DNA of 64,000 nt from the NCBI GenBank assembly GCA_012026655.1, contig JAAILG010000133.1, positions 1-64,000 of the forward strand, in the 5' to 3' direction. Source of the stretch: Hydrolagus affinis (lineage: Eukaryota). Both the position numbers and the translations under genes were made by a program. A model generated the notes under the pieces. That model saw only the letters and a program-made list of their open reading frames with translations, did no database searches and had not been told where the DNA came from. This document shows, piece by piece, positions 26,293 through 38,766 of the stretch; within the stretch, counting starts at the first letter, position 1, and the number at the start of each line of letters is the position of its first letter.

Positions 26293-26396
26293 CTGGTTAA
26301 TGCTTGCAACACTATTTATTCAATTAATTTCCTACCTGACTGATGGGTAGGCAGCACTGAGATACAATTGGGCAGACCAGCCATGATACTGGTGTT

Positions 26397-26782
26397 CTGT
26401 CAGCCTCTCTGTCAGATATCAAGAGCTGGATGAGCGCAAACTTCTTGCAATTAAACGTTGACAAAATGCAAGCTATACTCTTTGGCTCTCGTTGACGTCT
26501 TCAATCCCCTGGCTTTCACCTCCTCCACCTACCTGAACTGCCCCTATAACTCTCCGAACTTTTATGCACCTAGGTGTCAAGTTCGACCCCCAATTATCCT
26601 TCATCCAGCTCATACAGAACTCCGTCATCCACATTCTCACCCGAACCAAACTTCGCACCCCGCTTCAGCCACCTCCTTCTCCTTCTAACTTCCTCCGAGA
26701 TCTGCCCCCACTCAGCCAGTGTAAAGTACTTAGAGATTTTCTCCCAACATGAAAGCAGCTGAATTTGGCTAAATTGCTGTTG
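26397..26782 (+). mobile_element. L2 LINE RT fragment with internal deletions
   Basis: It encodes LSASLSDIKSWMSANFLQLNVDKMQAILFG, then LGVKFDPQLSF and IQLIQNS..HILTRTK, all L2 RT motifs. A decayed tail lies at ~26720-26782. Confidence 0.9.
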
Positions 26783-27323
26783 GTAAAAACAGTGGACTGG
26801 TTTATTCAGGGAACCTCACCTTCTCCCTCACTTTTTCTCACGCACCTTTGCTATCACTGTGGTTGAGATTGTTAGTCATTGTGAGAGGAAGGATGGTGGT
26901 CTAGTCACTGTCAGCCAGCAGCTGGGTAAACCCACCTATCTTTCCATTTACAAAATCTTGTACTCAACAGCCTTTCTGTGCTGTTGCCATGGAGATGTAA
27001 ATTGACTTTATTTCCACGTGCACTTTGAGGACAATTGAAACTGAAAGATAAATCACTTCATTTTCCTGCATCAGATACTTTGACCCTGAACATGAAACCT
27101 GCGCAATGTCCGAGTGCTCGCTTTGTGGTCCCAGTTGCTGACAGGATGTTGTATCACTGCTCCCTGGCCAAATCCAACTGAAGCTAGAGCGGGCTGACTG
27201 GATGTAACAGCTCTTCTCCACTAACCTTCACTATAGTCCGCACTGGAAAGCTGCTCGCTCAGGGGACCACTGGATTTGGCCCATCCAATTGTGCCAGCCT
27301 TTATTACAGAGCACAATTTCTAA

Positions 27324-27561
27324 AGCCACAAAGTTCCCCTCATCTTAACCTATCAGAACACCAGCCTTTAAATGTATAGTCAGAATTTAGAGAGTTGTAA
27401 AAAAAAATTAATAACCTGTAGAAGCTGTTTGTTTCAGTATTCTTCGAAAGAAACCAGCTTCCAAATCGGTACAGAATTTAATAACCTTCTACAATTCTCT
27501 GCCCCCTTAAATTTTAAGAATAAACATATCACGGGCTAAGACTAGGTGGAATTCTGGATCT
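27324..27561. mobile_element. Old palindromic MITE, probably complete (~238 bp)
   Basis: Right TIR GGGCTAAGACTAGGTGGAATTCTGGATCT and a degenerate left TIR AGCCACAAAGTTCCCCTCATCTTAACC. Internal inverted pairs are GAGAGTTGTA/TACAATTCTC and GAAGCTG/CAGCTTC. Confidence 0.55.
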
Positions 27562-29424
27562 AGAACGAGGAGGATAATCCATTTTGTGTTTTGTGTTTTG
27601 AGGATGATCCATTAATCTGGACAGGTTTGGATTGGCAGCAGAGATGAAAAGATAGTGTGCTTATCCTGAACTTCAAATGAGTCACTTTTAAATGAAATTA
27701 GAATTACACTGGTTCAGTCCATTTTTTAAGCTTTTTTCTTTGTTAACTAGAAATTACCAATTACCACTTAACTATAAAAAGACAGTTACTACATTATGGT
27801 AACAAGGCTAGAGATTAAAGCCAGCAACCTAAAAAAGACTACTTATTATCATGCACAATTAAATGCATAAAGGTTAGCTAATAAGCAAACCTTCACTGTC
27901 AGCAGACTGCTGCTTGAGTGCAATTCTGATTGATGTTTGCTGACCTGCACAATACCCACAACAGCCTGGCATTTGGAGAACATCAGGGCACGCTTGGAAG
28001 AAAGGGTTTGTGTTGAATTTGTTGAATTGAATACTGCAAAAGTGTGATATTCAGCATATTTCCGGATAATCCATTTGTCAATAAACAACAAGGAAGGTGG
28101 CAGTGTTTGCTGATCTCCCTAGCAGGATTTGATGTAGAGATTTTAGGGGTATGGTGGGGTGTTCATTGGCTGATATGTTTATCAGTAGAATATCATAATT
28201 TCGATGTATGATGTAGAAGGTGTCTTTTGTTACCAAGATGTAGGATTGAACCTAGCTAATAGTTTGTGTAAGATTTATACTTTAATGAACGATAGATTCA
28301 GACAGCACAGCCCTCACTGGTTACACAAGGCCTCAGCTGGATAGTGACTGAACAGCAGTTATTGCTGGCAAACACTTTCAATCAATGCATGCACACAACC
28401 AGAACTAAAACAGGAACACAAAAGGGGTGTACACAGTTACTATATTTTTTGGCCTATCATTTAACCCTCTATCTCCTAGCCTCAGGCTCCCACCCCATCA
28501 CTGTCAAATGCTTTGAAACCTCCTCCTAAATTGGCCAAATGCAAATTGTTATTGTAGTAGCACAGACTCTTTTACATATGTTACATAAAGACTCAGTCAG
28601 CGCTTAATGTGATTAACTTCAGCCACACTGACTTCATGTATACACACAGCCATATAGTTATACGCAAACATCTGGCAGTGCAGGTAGGTTATTTAAATTA
28701 ACACTTAAAAATCAACGGATTTGACTGGAAACTGTGGGCCACTCAGATGGGGAGGGGAAATTTATGGATTGATTTAAAATCTACAATTAAAGGGAAAACA
28801 GCCAGGAGAAGAAATATAAGTGAAGGCTGCTCCCCGCTTTGTGAGGCAGTTAAAGAGGCCATCATTTTTCAGACTACAATTGGAAAGAGATCTTCACTGT
28901 AATCCGATTTCATGACTTATGGCACTTGAAAGTGACTTGATAATAAGCAAAGTGGCAGGAGATTTTATGGTAGGCTGGAAATCATCGAGAACAATCATCT
29001 GTCACGCAGGGAGGCTGTGTGGGATGAAAGAGAAAATCGTTTTGACATTTAATCTTTTACAGTAAATTTCTCTGTATCTGGGCTGTTTAGAGGGGTTTTC
29101 ACAGTCTCCAATAAATGAGCAAGTTTTGATTTTGCTACTTTCCTGTTAAGCTCTGTGATGAAAGGCATCCAATTACATCCCGAGGAGCTTGTATGAGTGA
29201 ATGTTTGAGTAATAGTGTTTGCCGACTGTTGTTATCATCTGTATAAATACAAGATCAGCCTACAATGGTACAGAACCATGTTATCCACTTTACAAATTGT
29301 TCAATGTAGTCATTTGCCTCTCTGCTTCCCAGTCAGCCATGTGTTTAGGTGATGGGTGGGAGAAATAAAGATATAATGCTGAAGTGATTGTATACCAGTT
29401 GGTATCATTACCTCTGCTTCATGT

Positions 29425-29865
29425 ATGAACCAAGATCACAAGATTGGATGAAAAAGGCCCTTTGCCCCATCTGATCTCCACCTTCCAGAACACCCACCGC
29501 TCTGTTCTCCTGTTATAGCATTGAACTATTTCCTTAATGAGACCAGCACCCTAGCCTAAATCACAATTCTGGGCCACCAGATTTCAGTCGTTAATTACCC
29601 TCTGAATAAAGAAATACTTCCTGGTGTCTGTCTGAAATTGTCCTTGCAACCCTTTTATATTCACATCCCAGCGCCTGGGCCACTACCATCTTATTGTATT
29701 ATTATAATTATCAATATAAAAATTATTATAATTATTATTATTATCTTTCTGGTAACTAGCCCCTTCAGTGGTCAATTTTTCCTCTATATTGGAAATCCTT
29801 CCTGGTGTCTGTCTAAGGTATCCTTTGCACAGCCCTAAACCTGGACCCTCTTGTCCTGTTTTCTT
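29425..29865 (-). mobile_element. CR1 3' fragments interrupted by an (ATT)-rich tract
   Basis: A 3' tail (GATGAAAAAGGCCC..CCCATC) and TTCCTGGTGTCTGTCT present twice (~29618 and ~29799). CCTCTTGTCC reads as TRG on the minus strand. Confidence 0.7.
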
Positions 29866-30125
29866 GGTGGTATTTGTTAGGTTTTACTCTTACAGATATA
29901 ACACGCGTGCAGCAGACAGTTGTACTACCTCAGGCTAAAACAATTAACCCTGACAGTGTAGACTCCATGCTAGCTGAAAGGCATCACATTGCTAATTCTG
30001 TGTCGCTTGTTAACATAAGAGGTTGGTGGAGCTAACACTCTCTCTTGAATACAGCAAAGGGCAAAGTATCAGGCTGCTACATAGCAGAAGAAATGTAATT
30101 ACAGATATTAGCAGCAGCTATTATA

Positions 30126-30605
30126 TAAGAACATAAGAAACGCTAGATGAAAAAAGACTCGGGTCCATCCAGTTCGCCTTCCACTTCCTGGCGGTTACAT
30201 GCACATATGTCCCGAACTACCTACTAGCTCATAATGTTATTTCCTAAACTAAAACTATGTAACAATAATAATAATAATAATCCTTGCATTTGATATAGAG
30301 CTTTTCACGTCTGCCAGATGCCTTATATGTGTTTGAAAGAACCAATACTTTCTGCTTCTCCCGAGGGAGCCTGTTCCACAGATTCCCGATCCGTTCACTG
30401 AAATACTGTTTACATAGATTCATTCTGAATTTACCCCCCTTCAATAGCAGGCGATGTCCTCTGATTTTACTGTTCTGGACAAGTTTAAACAGCTTATATA
30501 TATTGTCTTGCCCTTTGGAATCTTAAAAGCAGCATTCACGTCACCTATCAATCTCCCCTTTTCCCGCATGAACATGCTAAACTTACTTGTCGCTCCTCAT
30601 AATGC
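30126..30605 (-). mobile_element. CR1 LINE 3' end with nested SINE tail at 30263-30322
   Basis: The minus-strand ORF KGGKFRMNLCKQYFSERIGNLWNRLPRE is a CR1 ORF2 C-terminus. The terminal TAAGAACATAAGAA repeat is present. Confidence 0.9.
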
Positions 30606-31390
30606 AGTGCAGTCCATTACCTTGGAATGAAATGAAACAAAGCTGCAATACTTGAATACTGGCTAGAATTACTAGCTCTTAACTAGTGACTAAGGTTAGA
30701 ATTAGATTAACTCGTTATCCTGGAATCCCTCCGCTGTATGGTGTGCAAAGCATCCTTGGATACGGAGCTATCAAATAATTTGTTTTTCAGCTTTCAGTCG
30801 CTTAACAGAGATAACGATTTGTATCATGTCCTGTCACTTTACTTCTGCCTACCTAGTGTTCACTTGCCACCTCAGTCGCAAAGTCTGAATAGCAAGCAAT
30901 GCCAATCGACAGCTGGGCTTTTCTGACCAGATGTTTGCAGTGACTTACAAGCATTTTAAAGGCGGTGATACAAGTCAGGTCCATTTGATCATAAATGCAA
31001 TTCACCCATTCTCTTGATATTTACACGTGTGAAGACTTTAAGTGCAAAGCAGAAGGACTTCATCTTATTTTTGTGCACAACTGGCTTTGGTAAGCATAGC
31101 TCGCTCACCAGAGAGGGAATAATGAGGAGATTGCAACATATTTTAGAGGCAGGGGACACTATGTAAATTTTACAAGTTTATTGTAGTAAAGTCATAAATA
31201 ATAGATTGGGTCGTACCCTCTCTTCAAAGTCCTTCAGTAATAAACATCAATGTGTTGTTTAACATGCATCACTGACGTTGAGCGTGATCTCGGAGGTCAT
31301 ATTTATTTACAAATATTAGGATATGTGATTTTCATATTGTAATATGTATTTGTACGAGTATGTGGCAGACAGATTTTTGTAATGAGCATC

Positions 31391-31722
31391 ATAATAACCT
31401 TAGCATTTGTTACAACACTTTATCATTTCAAAGTGCTTTGCAGGTTTTTTTCTGTAAAGTGTATTTTATAGGTGAATGTGGCAGAAAATGGAGAGATTGT
31501 TGGCAAGAACAGGGGAGAACCTCCCTTCTCTTTCCCAATAGTGCTGATTGTCCACCCGAACAGGCGCAGACAAGAATTTGATTGATCATGCCATCCAAAG
31601 GGTAGCACCTTTAACAAGACAATGCATCACCCAACAATGTACTGGAGTGTCAGCCTAGACAATGTTTAGATGAGGTTTGAACATGGGGTTTGAAGCAATG
31701 ATGTTTTGACTCTAAGGCGAGT
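31391..31722 (-). mobile_element. Deu-domain SINE, decayed
   Basis: Contains GGGAGAACCTCCC..TCCACCCGAACAGGC..CATCCAAAGGGTAGCACC..ACTGGAGTGTCAGCCTAGA..TGACTCTAAGGCGAG. Confidence 0.8.
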
Positions 31723-32197
31723 TTCAATTCCTTTGATACCATGTGTAACAAGCTCTGGATCTGCAGGGTCTTGAACTGCTTTTGTATTGTTACTGTTTGA
31801 ATATTGCCTCGCTGATTTCTGTGAGATTATAAGATTATGAACAATGTAAAACCACAGTGATTAACAAGGTCTCAACAGTAACTTCATCCAGCTCCGGAGA
31901 AGCCATCCAGTGAGACTGGGCACTGAATCTCACAGGCAGCTCAGTCACTCACATCTGGAGCACAAGCATACAAGCAGCTGGGTTACAGCCAAGGTGGTGG
32001 ATAGTTTGCTCATTGTACACTCACAGCAGATGGAATTTACTAAGCTAAATCCCCTGGGTCTTATGCCAAAACACTTAAATTTTATGCAAAGAATAATTTG
32101 CTCTACTCAAGGCTGCCAACTGTCTTGAGTAAAGTTAATCTCATTTTTTTAAACTAGATTTTGATCAGCATAAGGGAGGAGACACCAGGGAACAGTG

Positions 32198-32245
32198 TCT
32201 CACACACCAGAGCATCTCACACACCAGAGCATCTCACACACCAGA
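32198..32245. repeat. 17-bp tandem repeat x3
   Basis: TCTCACACACCAGAGCA occurs three times, the last copy partial. Confidence 0.9.
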
Positions 32246-33970
32246 GGGTATCAGGGACTTGGGAGCTGGGAATAGAGAGTCCACAACAGGAAGCGTAGAC
32301 TCTCAGACTTCAGGGAGAGCCGAGTGTACCTACCTGACTGCCAGATTCACCTACAAATACTCATTCCTTAAACTTTACAGCATAAAATCTCCTTGTAAAG
32401 TGCTTTGAGACCTTTCAACGATAGCCAAAATATTAAATTTAAGTATTATTAGGATCGTTAAAATACTATGCAGTTTACATTGATACAGCATCTTTTATTT
32501 TAGAAGGAGAGCTTGATAAATCCTGAAGAGATGCTTAATTCTTGGGGAGAGAAACGTAGGCAAAGGGGCATGAGGCGTGAGGTCAGCAGGTCAGTCTGTT
32601 TCCCTCTATTTACGCTAACATGGCGAGTGTTGAAGCCTTTTTGGGGTGGAGGAAGCTTATTATTGTCTGGAACGTTTTATGGCTTTTTAAAGTTTGCAGT
32701 CCCGATTTGTAATCGTTCCTTAAGTACCTTAGAAAAACATTATTGCAAGCAGTAATTTGTTTTAATAGTTCATTTATAATCTGGTGTGAGCCTCTGATGT
32801 TTTGCTTTGCATCTGCTGTGTTCGAGTTGACTCTGATGTCTGATGCTTCGGCACGTGTGATACCAGTGTTGGCTGAGAACAGCCGCGGGTGATGTATTTG
32901 ATTAGCTCCAGCTCTGTACTTGAAATCTAAGAGACCAAGGCAGTGATTTAACCAGGGTGAACTGCAGGAAAATCAATAATAAATGGATTTTTGAGCAAAG
33001 GCAGATTTTGAAACATGAAGAAGCTGTTTAGGAAGAGACCATCAATTTTAGTAACGCTTCCTTGCATCTCAGTGTTAGGATAAATAACGGCAAAGGAGCT
33101 TTCAGATGGCCTTGCAGTTAGGCTGTTAGTTTTGATGGGGACCTTTTCCCCATGGGAGAAAAAGCATTTACCATTCCAATTGCTGATCCGATTATATCTT
33201 GTCGGGAATGTTATTCACTATTAAGCAGCAAAATTTACAAGTTGACTGATATTTTCTCCATTAACTGAAGCAAACTTTTTTTTCTCTCTCACCTCTGGAT
33301 AAACTGCAGCCGAAAACCCAGCAGGAATGGGGCGCAAAGGGGTTCAGATGCTGTGAGGCTGAGCCGGCAAGGAGGCCTTTGCGTCAAATCATTCTAATAA
33401 TAAGAATCAGTGAGTGTATTTCCCGAACCCATGACCGTGTATAAATTACAGCCATGTAGACAGGTTTAGTAATGGAATGCTACTGACTGCTTGTCCAGTT
33501 TGGACCAATCTATCCGTTTGGGCTTTGGCTTTCAGGATTAGCAGAGGCTCAATGGGAATAATTCATGCCCCCATTAACTGGTGTGTCCCTCTGGGACCTG
33601 CCTATGAGCCAGGCTGGCTGTGCTTTACATTGGAACAGGTTATCATGATGATCAAAAAACTAGATTTTTTAAAATCAAATTGACTTTTTAATGTTAAACT
33701 TGGGTGTTTTTGTTTATCGTTGGCATGGAGACTGAATAGATTATGAACCTCCACGTCCAGATTTAACTAATTTTGAGAACACGTGTGCTGGATTCCTCAG
33801 GTTTGCATTAATTCGTCCCAGGTTAATTCCTTAAGGCAACTTTAATAGTTTTCTGGCTCTGAAATGTAGAATATCTGATTGATGTCATATGGTTAACTGA
33901 AGCCTTCAAAGATCAGCATCTTGGGTAGGCTATCTGTTCAAGCCACAATACTGTATTTATATTGGAGAGA

Positions 33971-34156
33971 CAACAACTTAGTGTTTATGTAGCACCCTTC
34001 ATTCAGGATAGTGTCTTAGAGCACAGGAAAGTGTTGGGGTTGAACATCGAGCAAAGAAGGGTTGAGGTGACCATAGACACAATCAAAAAGATAGGGCTTC
34101 AGGTGGGATTTAATGATAAAGATGAGTGAGCCAAAGGGAATGAGGCAAGGAGTTTC
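33971..34156 (-). mobile_element. L2 LINE 3' end, decayed
   Basis: CAACAACTTAGTGTTTATGTAGCACCCTTCA tail followed by a purine-rich GAGGTGACC..AAAAAGATAGGGCTTCAGG segment. Confidence 0.6.
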
Positions 34157-34449
34157 TTTAAGAATAGCTCATTTTGTAACGTGGATTTAGAATTCAAATA
34201 CAGACCGATCATTTTGTTTTTCTTCCCATTGTGGATCCTCCCTGTACTGTGAACATAGTAGACTTATGTCACTGAAAGGCTGCGTGCTAGATGGAGTATG
34301 TATGAGAAGTAAACAGGAAGTGACATGAGGGCCAGAAACAGCCAGGCAGCCATTTTATTTGACGGACCAGATAAGATGTTATGTCAAAATTAGGGATTAT
34401 TATAATATCAACAGCAATCAGCAATTATTCTCCATTGCTCCATTACTAC

Positions 34450-34723
34450 CGGGTCTGGCCTCCTCCATGTCCCCCGAATTCTCCACTCCACAGTTGGCGG
34501 CCGTGCCTTCAGCTGCTACACCTCGAGGCTCTGGAACTCCCTCCTCACTCCATTCGCATTGCCCCCTCTCTTCCTATTTTCAGGTCTTGGCTAAAGACCT
34601 TTTCGACCGTGCCTTTGGTATCTTTATCCCCCTCCCCATGACTCGGCCCCGGGATCCGTTATTGGGAAGCACTCTGAGACTCCGTCCAGCGTGGAGTGCG
34701 CTATATAAATCCAAGTTGTTGTT
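34450..34723 (+). mobile_element. L2 LINE 3' end (second subfamily)
   Basis: It encodes SGLLHVPRILHSTVGGRAFSCYTSRLWNSL and FRSWLKTF. The tail is GAAGCACTCTGAGACTCCGTCCAGCGTGGAGTGCGCTATATAAATCCAAGTTGTTGTTG. Confidence 0.9.
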
Positions 34724-35349
34724 GAATGATTGCCATTGAAGTTCAGGAATGATAATCTTTTATAAAAAGAACTTTGATTATGCTGATCTAATTATTTAAA
34801 TACAATTTTTTTGGCGCAAAGAGAGGACACAGCTCAATTGTCTGAATTCCTGGCTTTTGTGCTGATTTTTTTTCGAGCTTTTCATCCAGAATATTCATTA
34901 CCTACTACACTGAAAAGTTTTCCATATGTTTAACAAGGCATGTATGCCAAGTCAAATGACCTCTGGTATGAATGGAAAAAAAATGGTTTCTTCACTAATT
35001 TCCTCTTGTAACTCCATAACATCTGCTTCTCGCTGACACCAAATCGTCCCTTGGTGCTGATGGAATTAAACACAACAGACAATATCTTCATTTCTGTTCA
35101 CTTTTGAAAACATCTCTAAAAAAAATCAGTATTAGAGATCGGAAAATGTCTCTGGTTTGTTGAAATGATGGAGATCATCCACATGGGGTTTCCAGCCAAC
35201 GGACAGCAGGAAAATAGCCTTAAACACACAAGCGTTCGATGAAAAACAGATTCTATTTCAGGTCGGTCTGAAGAAACTATGTGATTGAGGCTGGAGTACA
35301 TCCTTTCACAATTGTTCTGTCTTATGAAACTCAAATGGTAGTTACAAGT

Positions 35350-35467
35350 GATGGGGAGAGAGTGGGGAATTAGGATTTGGATGGACGGCTTCTTGGAGGA
35401 ACAAAACACCAACATGAATAATGGGTTGAATGGTCTTCTACCTACTGTTTCATACATTTCTATGGTT
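35350..35467 (+). mobile_element. CR1/HER1-type 3' end
   Basis: AACACCAACATGAATAATGGGTTGAATGGTCTTCT..CTGTT..ACATTTCTATGGTT. Confidence 0.65.
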
Positions 35468-35503
35468 AAAATTCAGGTATTTTCTGTGATTAAAATCAAC
35501 CAG

Positions 35504-35543
35504 AGGCCTGAAATTCCACCTGGTCTCAGCCTGTGAGACCATT
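35504..35543 (+). mobile_element. Terminus of old palindromic MITE family (best-preserved copy)
   Basis: AGGCCTGAAATTCCACCTGGTCTCAGCCTGTGAGACCATT. Confidence 0.7.
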
Positions 35544-36039
35544 CTATGGAATGCTATGAGACTAAATTCTTCTATTCAGTTTTAAATTGGAAACCATTTT
35601 TCTGTAGTTCAAAAAAAAATTCTAAATTGACTTATATGTTCCCTTAAATCTTTTACACAGCTCAATCACACCATCTCGTACTTCCTCAGCTCAAAGGAAT
35701 ATAACACAAGTCTACTCAGCCTCTTGTTCAACAGGGCATGTAATGTATACTTACTGGTGCGCACTCTCATTGTTGTACAGTCTATCACTGAGGGGAGGTT
35801 TCAACCATTCCATAACACAGCAGGTGGTGCAGCCCACTCAAGCACACTGATACATTTAGTTTTCAATCCAATGAATTATTACTTCCCTGGACAGTAAAAA
35901 ATAACATTCCACTTGGTCTTCATCGATGACAATGTTTTGGTTAGAGATTTATGATTGTGTAGCACTATGGAGAATTCTTAAAGTCAGTCTTAATTTGGAA
36001 GTCAATTTCTTCTTCCTGGCCTCAGCCACCTTTGCTGGT

Positions 36040-36290
36040 AATATCTTCCTGATGTTAATTACCTGCTGGATAAAGAAAGAGTTCCTGGTATCTGGTTGAA
36101 TTTGCCCTTTGCAACTCTAAAGCTCTGTCCTCTTGTTTTGCTGTCTCAGTGCATCCAAGATATTGTTCTGGATTTACTTTTTCAATCCCATTTAAAACCT
36201 TGTATACCTCTATAATGTCTCCTGTGAGACGTGTCCTTTTAAGAGTGAAGAGACGTAGCTTGTCTAATCATTGCTTGGACCTCATTCCTC
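36040..36290 (-). mobile_element. CR1 LINE ORF2 C-terminal fragment
   Basis: The minus strand encodes KLRLFTLKRTRLTGDIIEVYKVLNG and KTRGQSFRVAKGKFNQIPGT. Confidence 0.85.
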
Positions 36291-36796
36291 AGGGAATGAG
36301 AGGCACTGTTGGTCCTATAAACCCCACACAATAAATCAGTTACTTAAAATTGGACCCATTTGATCAATGAGGGTTGATGCTACTCAGATTTTGGCAACAG
36401 GAAGTAGAAGCAGACAAGGGTTCTGAGCTCAGGCCAAGCACCAAAGTTTGTTTTAACAATTGTTCACTTAATTGGACTTTGAAAGACAATCGAAGGGAAT
36501 GGCGACAGATTTTGATGATCAAACCTGGGTCTCAGGAAAAGCATACTGTTAGCATCAAAGATACTCTCACTGTCACTCACAACATATCGTGGATGGAATC
36601 ATGAACTGCAATCCAAATGGACTTTGTCAGATCACATCATAAATTTTGAGCAAAGGTGAAAGTGCCATCAACCGAATCCTGGCATTTATTTAGGGTTTTA
36701 AACTCATGTGCAGATGTCTGCTATTGTGTTTAATACATACCACACGTCGATAATCTTGCCATTGTTTAATGCTGTTTTCATAAGGAAGCAAGCAGG

Positions 36797-37243
36797 TATC
36801 AGCCTGGCTCTGTTGATCACACGCTTGACTCTTACGGTTGTGGGTTCATGCCCCACATTGGGACTTTGAGTTCTCAGTCCAGGCCTATGCATCACTGTAA
36901 TATTGGGACAATACCGCACTGTCATCTTTCAGATATTAAATCAAGGTCCCATCTACTTGAAGTGCTCTGAGACGCCGTCCGGCGTGGAGGGCGCTATATA
37001 AATCGAAGTTGTTGTTGCCGTTGCCCAGGTGGACATTAAAAATCTTGCTTTGAAAAGAGAATGGAGTTTCTTCCCGTGTCCTGGCCAGCAATCATCCAGA
37101 TAAATTGGTTGTTTGCTTTGAGGCTGTTTGTGGGCAAGTTATCTTCAAATAGAGTCAACGTACTTGACAGCAGTTCCATGTGAAATGCTTTAAGACATTA
37201 TGACATTAATGGTGCTGTCATACGTTTAATAACTTATTATTAT
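36797..37243 (+). mobile_element. Deu-domain SINE with nested L2 tail (36959-37017)
   Basis: Head GGTTGTGGGTTCATGCCCCAC. The core is split between AAGGTCCCATCT and CAGGTGGACATTAAAAATC by GAAGTGCTCTGAGACGCCGTCCGGCGTGGAGGGCGCTATATAAATCGAAGTTGTTGTTG. Confidence 0.85.
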
Positions 37244-38766
37244 CTAGAGGTCAATTGAAGATTAGAATCGATACTACTGTAATGATATAAAACAATAAAC
37301 CCCTTGTGTGCCCTTTAGAAGAGTGAAGACAGGGAGTAACTGAGAAAGGCAGCCAAGAAAAAGCTGTGTGTTACTCCTCTGAACCACCTACATTCATATG
37401 TTTCAGCTCTCCCAAGGGATGAAAGCATTTGCCACTGGGAACCAGCAAAGTGCCATTTTGCAGCTCTATCTGAGGCTGAGGTGAGTGAAATCACACCGAG
37501 AGAGAATTCAAGCCATTGAACCGGAATATTCAGTCTCCCATTGTCCAGAAGATTACCGGCATAATGCACAATGATCATCGTATGATATCGAGTGAAATAT
37601 GCTGACTTTCTTTAGGCCTCTCTGTGCTTGTTATTGCAGCCACAGAACAAAACTGGGTTGTGTTTGCTCACAGGAAGACAGCACAGTTTTAATGCTAAGA
37701 CACTACTGTACTTATTTGTGATCAAAGAGCGTTAGAGGCTTTGACATTCTCGCCCTAGTGGCCCGAGTTGTGTTTCTCACTATTGTATCAGTCAATAGCA
37801 GGAAGCAAAACAGAAGATGCAATATTGTTTGCAAATTATTTCTATGGAAGAAATACAGGGTGGGAGACAGGATGCAAGCAATGGAAAGACTGCTCTGCCT
37901 TGGGCCTTTGAGTTTTGACATGTCATATGTTACTAGATCAGTGATCGGTGTACTTTCTGCACAATTTAACTGATTAATGTTTCAGGACCTGCTTGCACTG
38001 GGAGTGCTCTTCCAGAGGTAGAGAGAATTGTTAATAAGAGAATTGTTGTTTACAACATGCACTCAGGGCTCTGGTGAGCAAGGACTGTCAGCAGGGTGGA
38101 CACGGGTGGACGTGGGACAAAGAAAGAACTTGTTCATTTTGCTCAGGTAGGATACAGTTGGCTTAAACTGGCCTGGCTGACTGACGGCAGAGACTGACTG
38201 ACAGACTGAGTGCAGAGACTGCTCAGTGGCTGGGCTTGGGATTGCTTTTGCGGTTATTCCATAAGGAAATGTCAGTATGTCCTCAGACTCTTCCCACACA
38301 CTGGTGTCAGTTGGCCTGCTTGTCTCAGTCACACCCCTCTGCTTTCACTGTAACTAGTTTTGTTTGTCTCTTTGAGATTGGTTGGACCTCTATATCTTTT
38401 GCTGGCTTTACAAGCTGTCATTGTGTTCCTGCAATTTCCCTGTGAATACACTGTGCCTGACATCTCACAGTACATAGTAACCTAACCAGGTCACTCTGCA
38501 CTAACAAAGTCAGCCATTTGGCAATTTATGTTACATCTGACAGACTGTGTGTGAGTGAAACCTTTGCCCCACTAGTGAGAAGGAGTGACTTGTTTGGATA
38601 TGAAATGGAAAGATTTGCTCTTCAGATAAACATTTCTTATGGAGTTGTTATTTTTATAATGATAATAATCAATCCTTACTTACATTTGATACCGTGTTTC
38701 AGGATATAAAAATATCTCAATGTTCTGAACATCTTGCCTCCCCGCAAAGATGTGTTTCCTTTAGTC

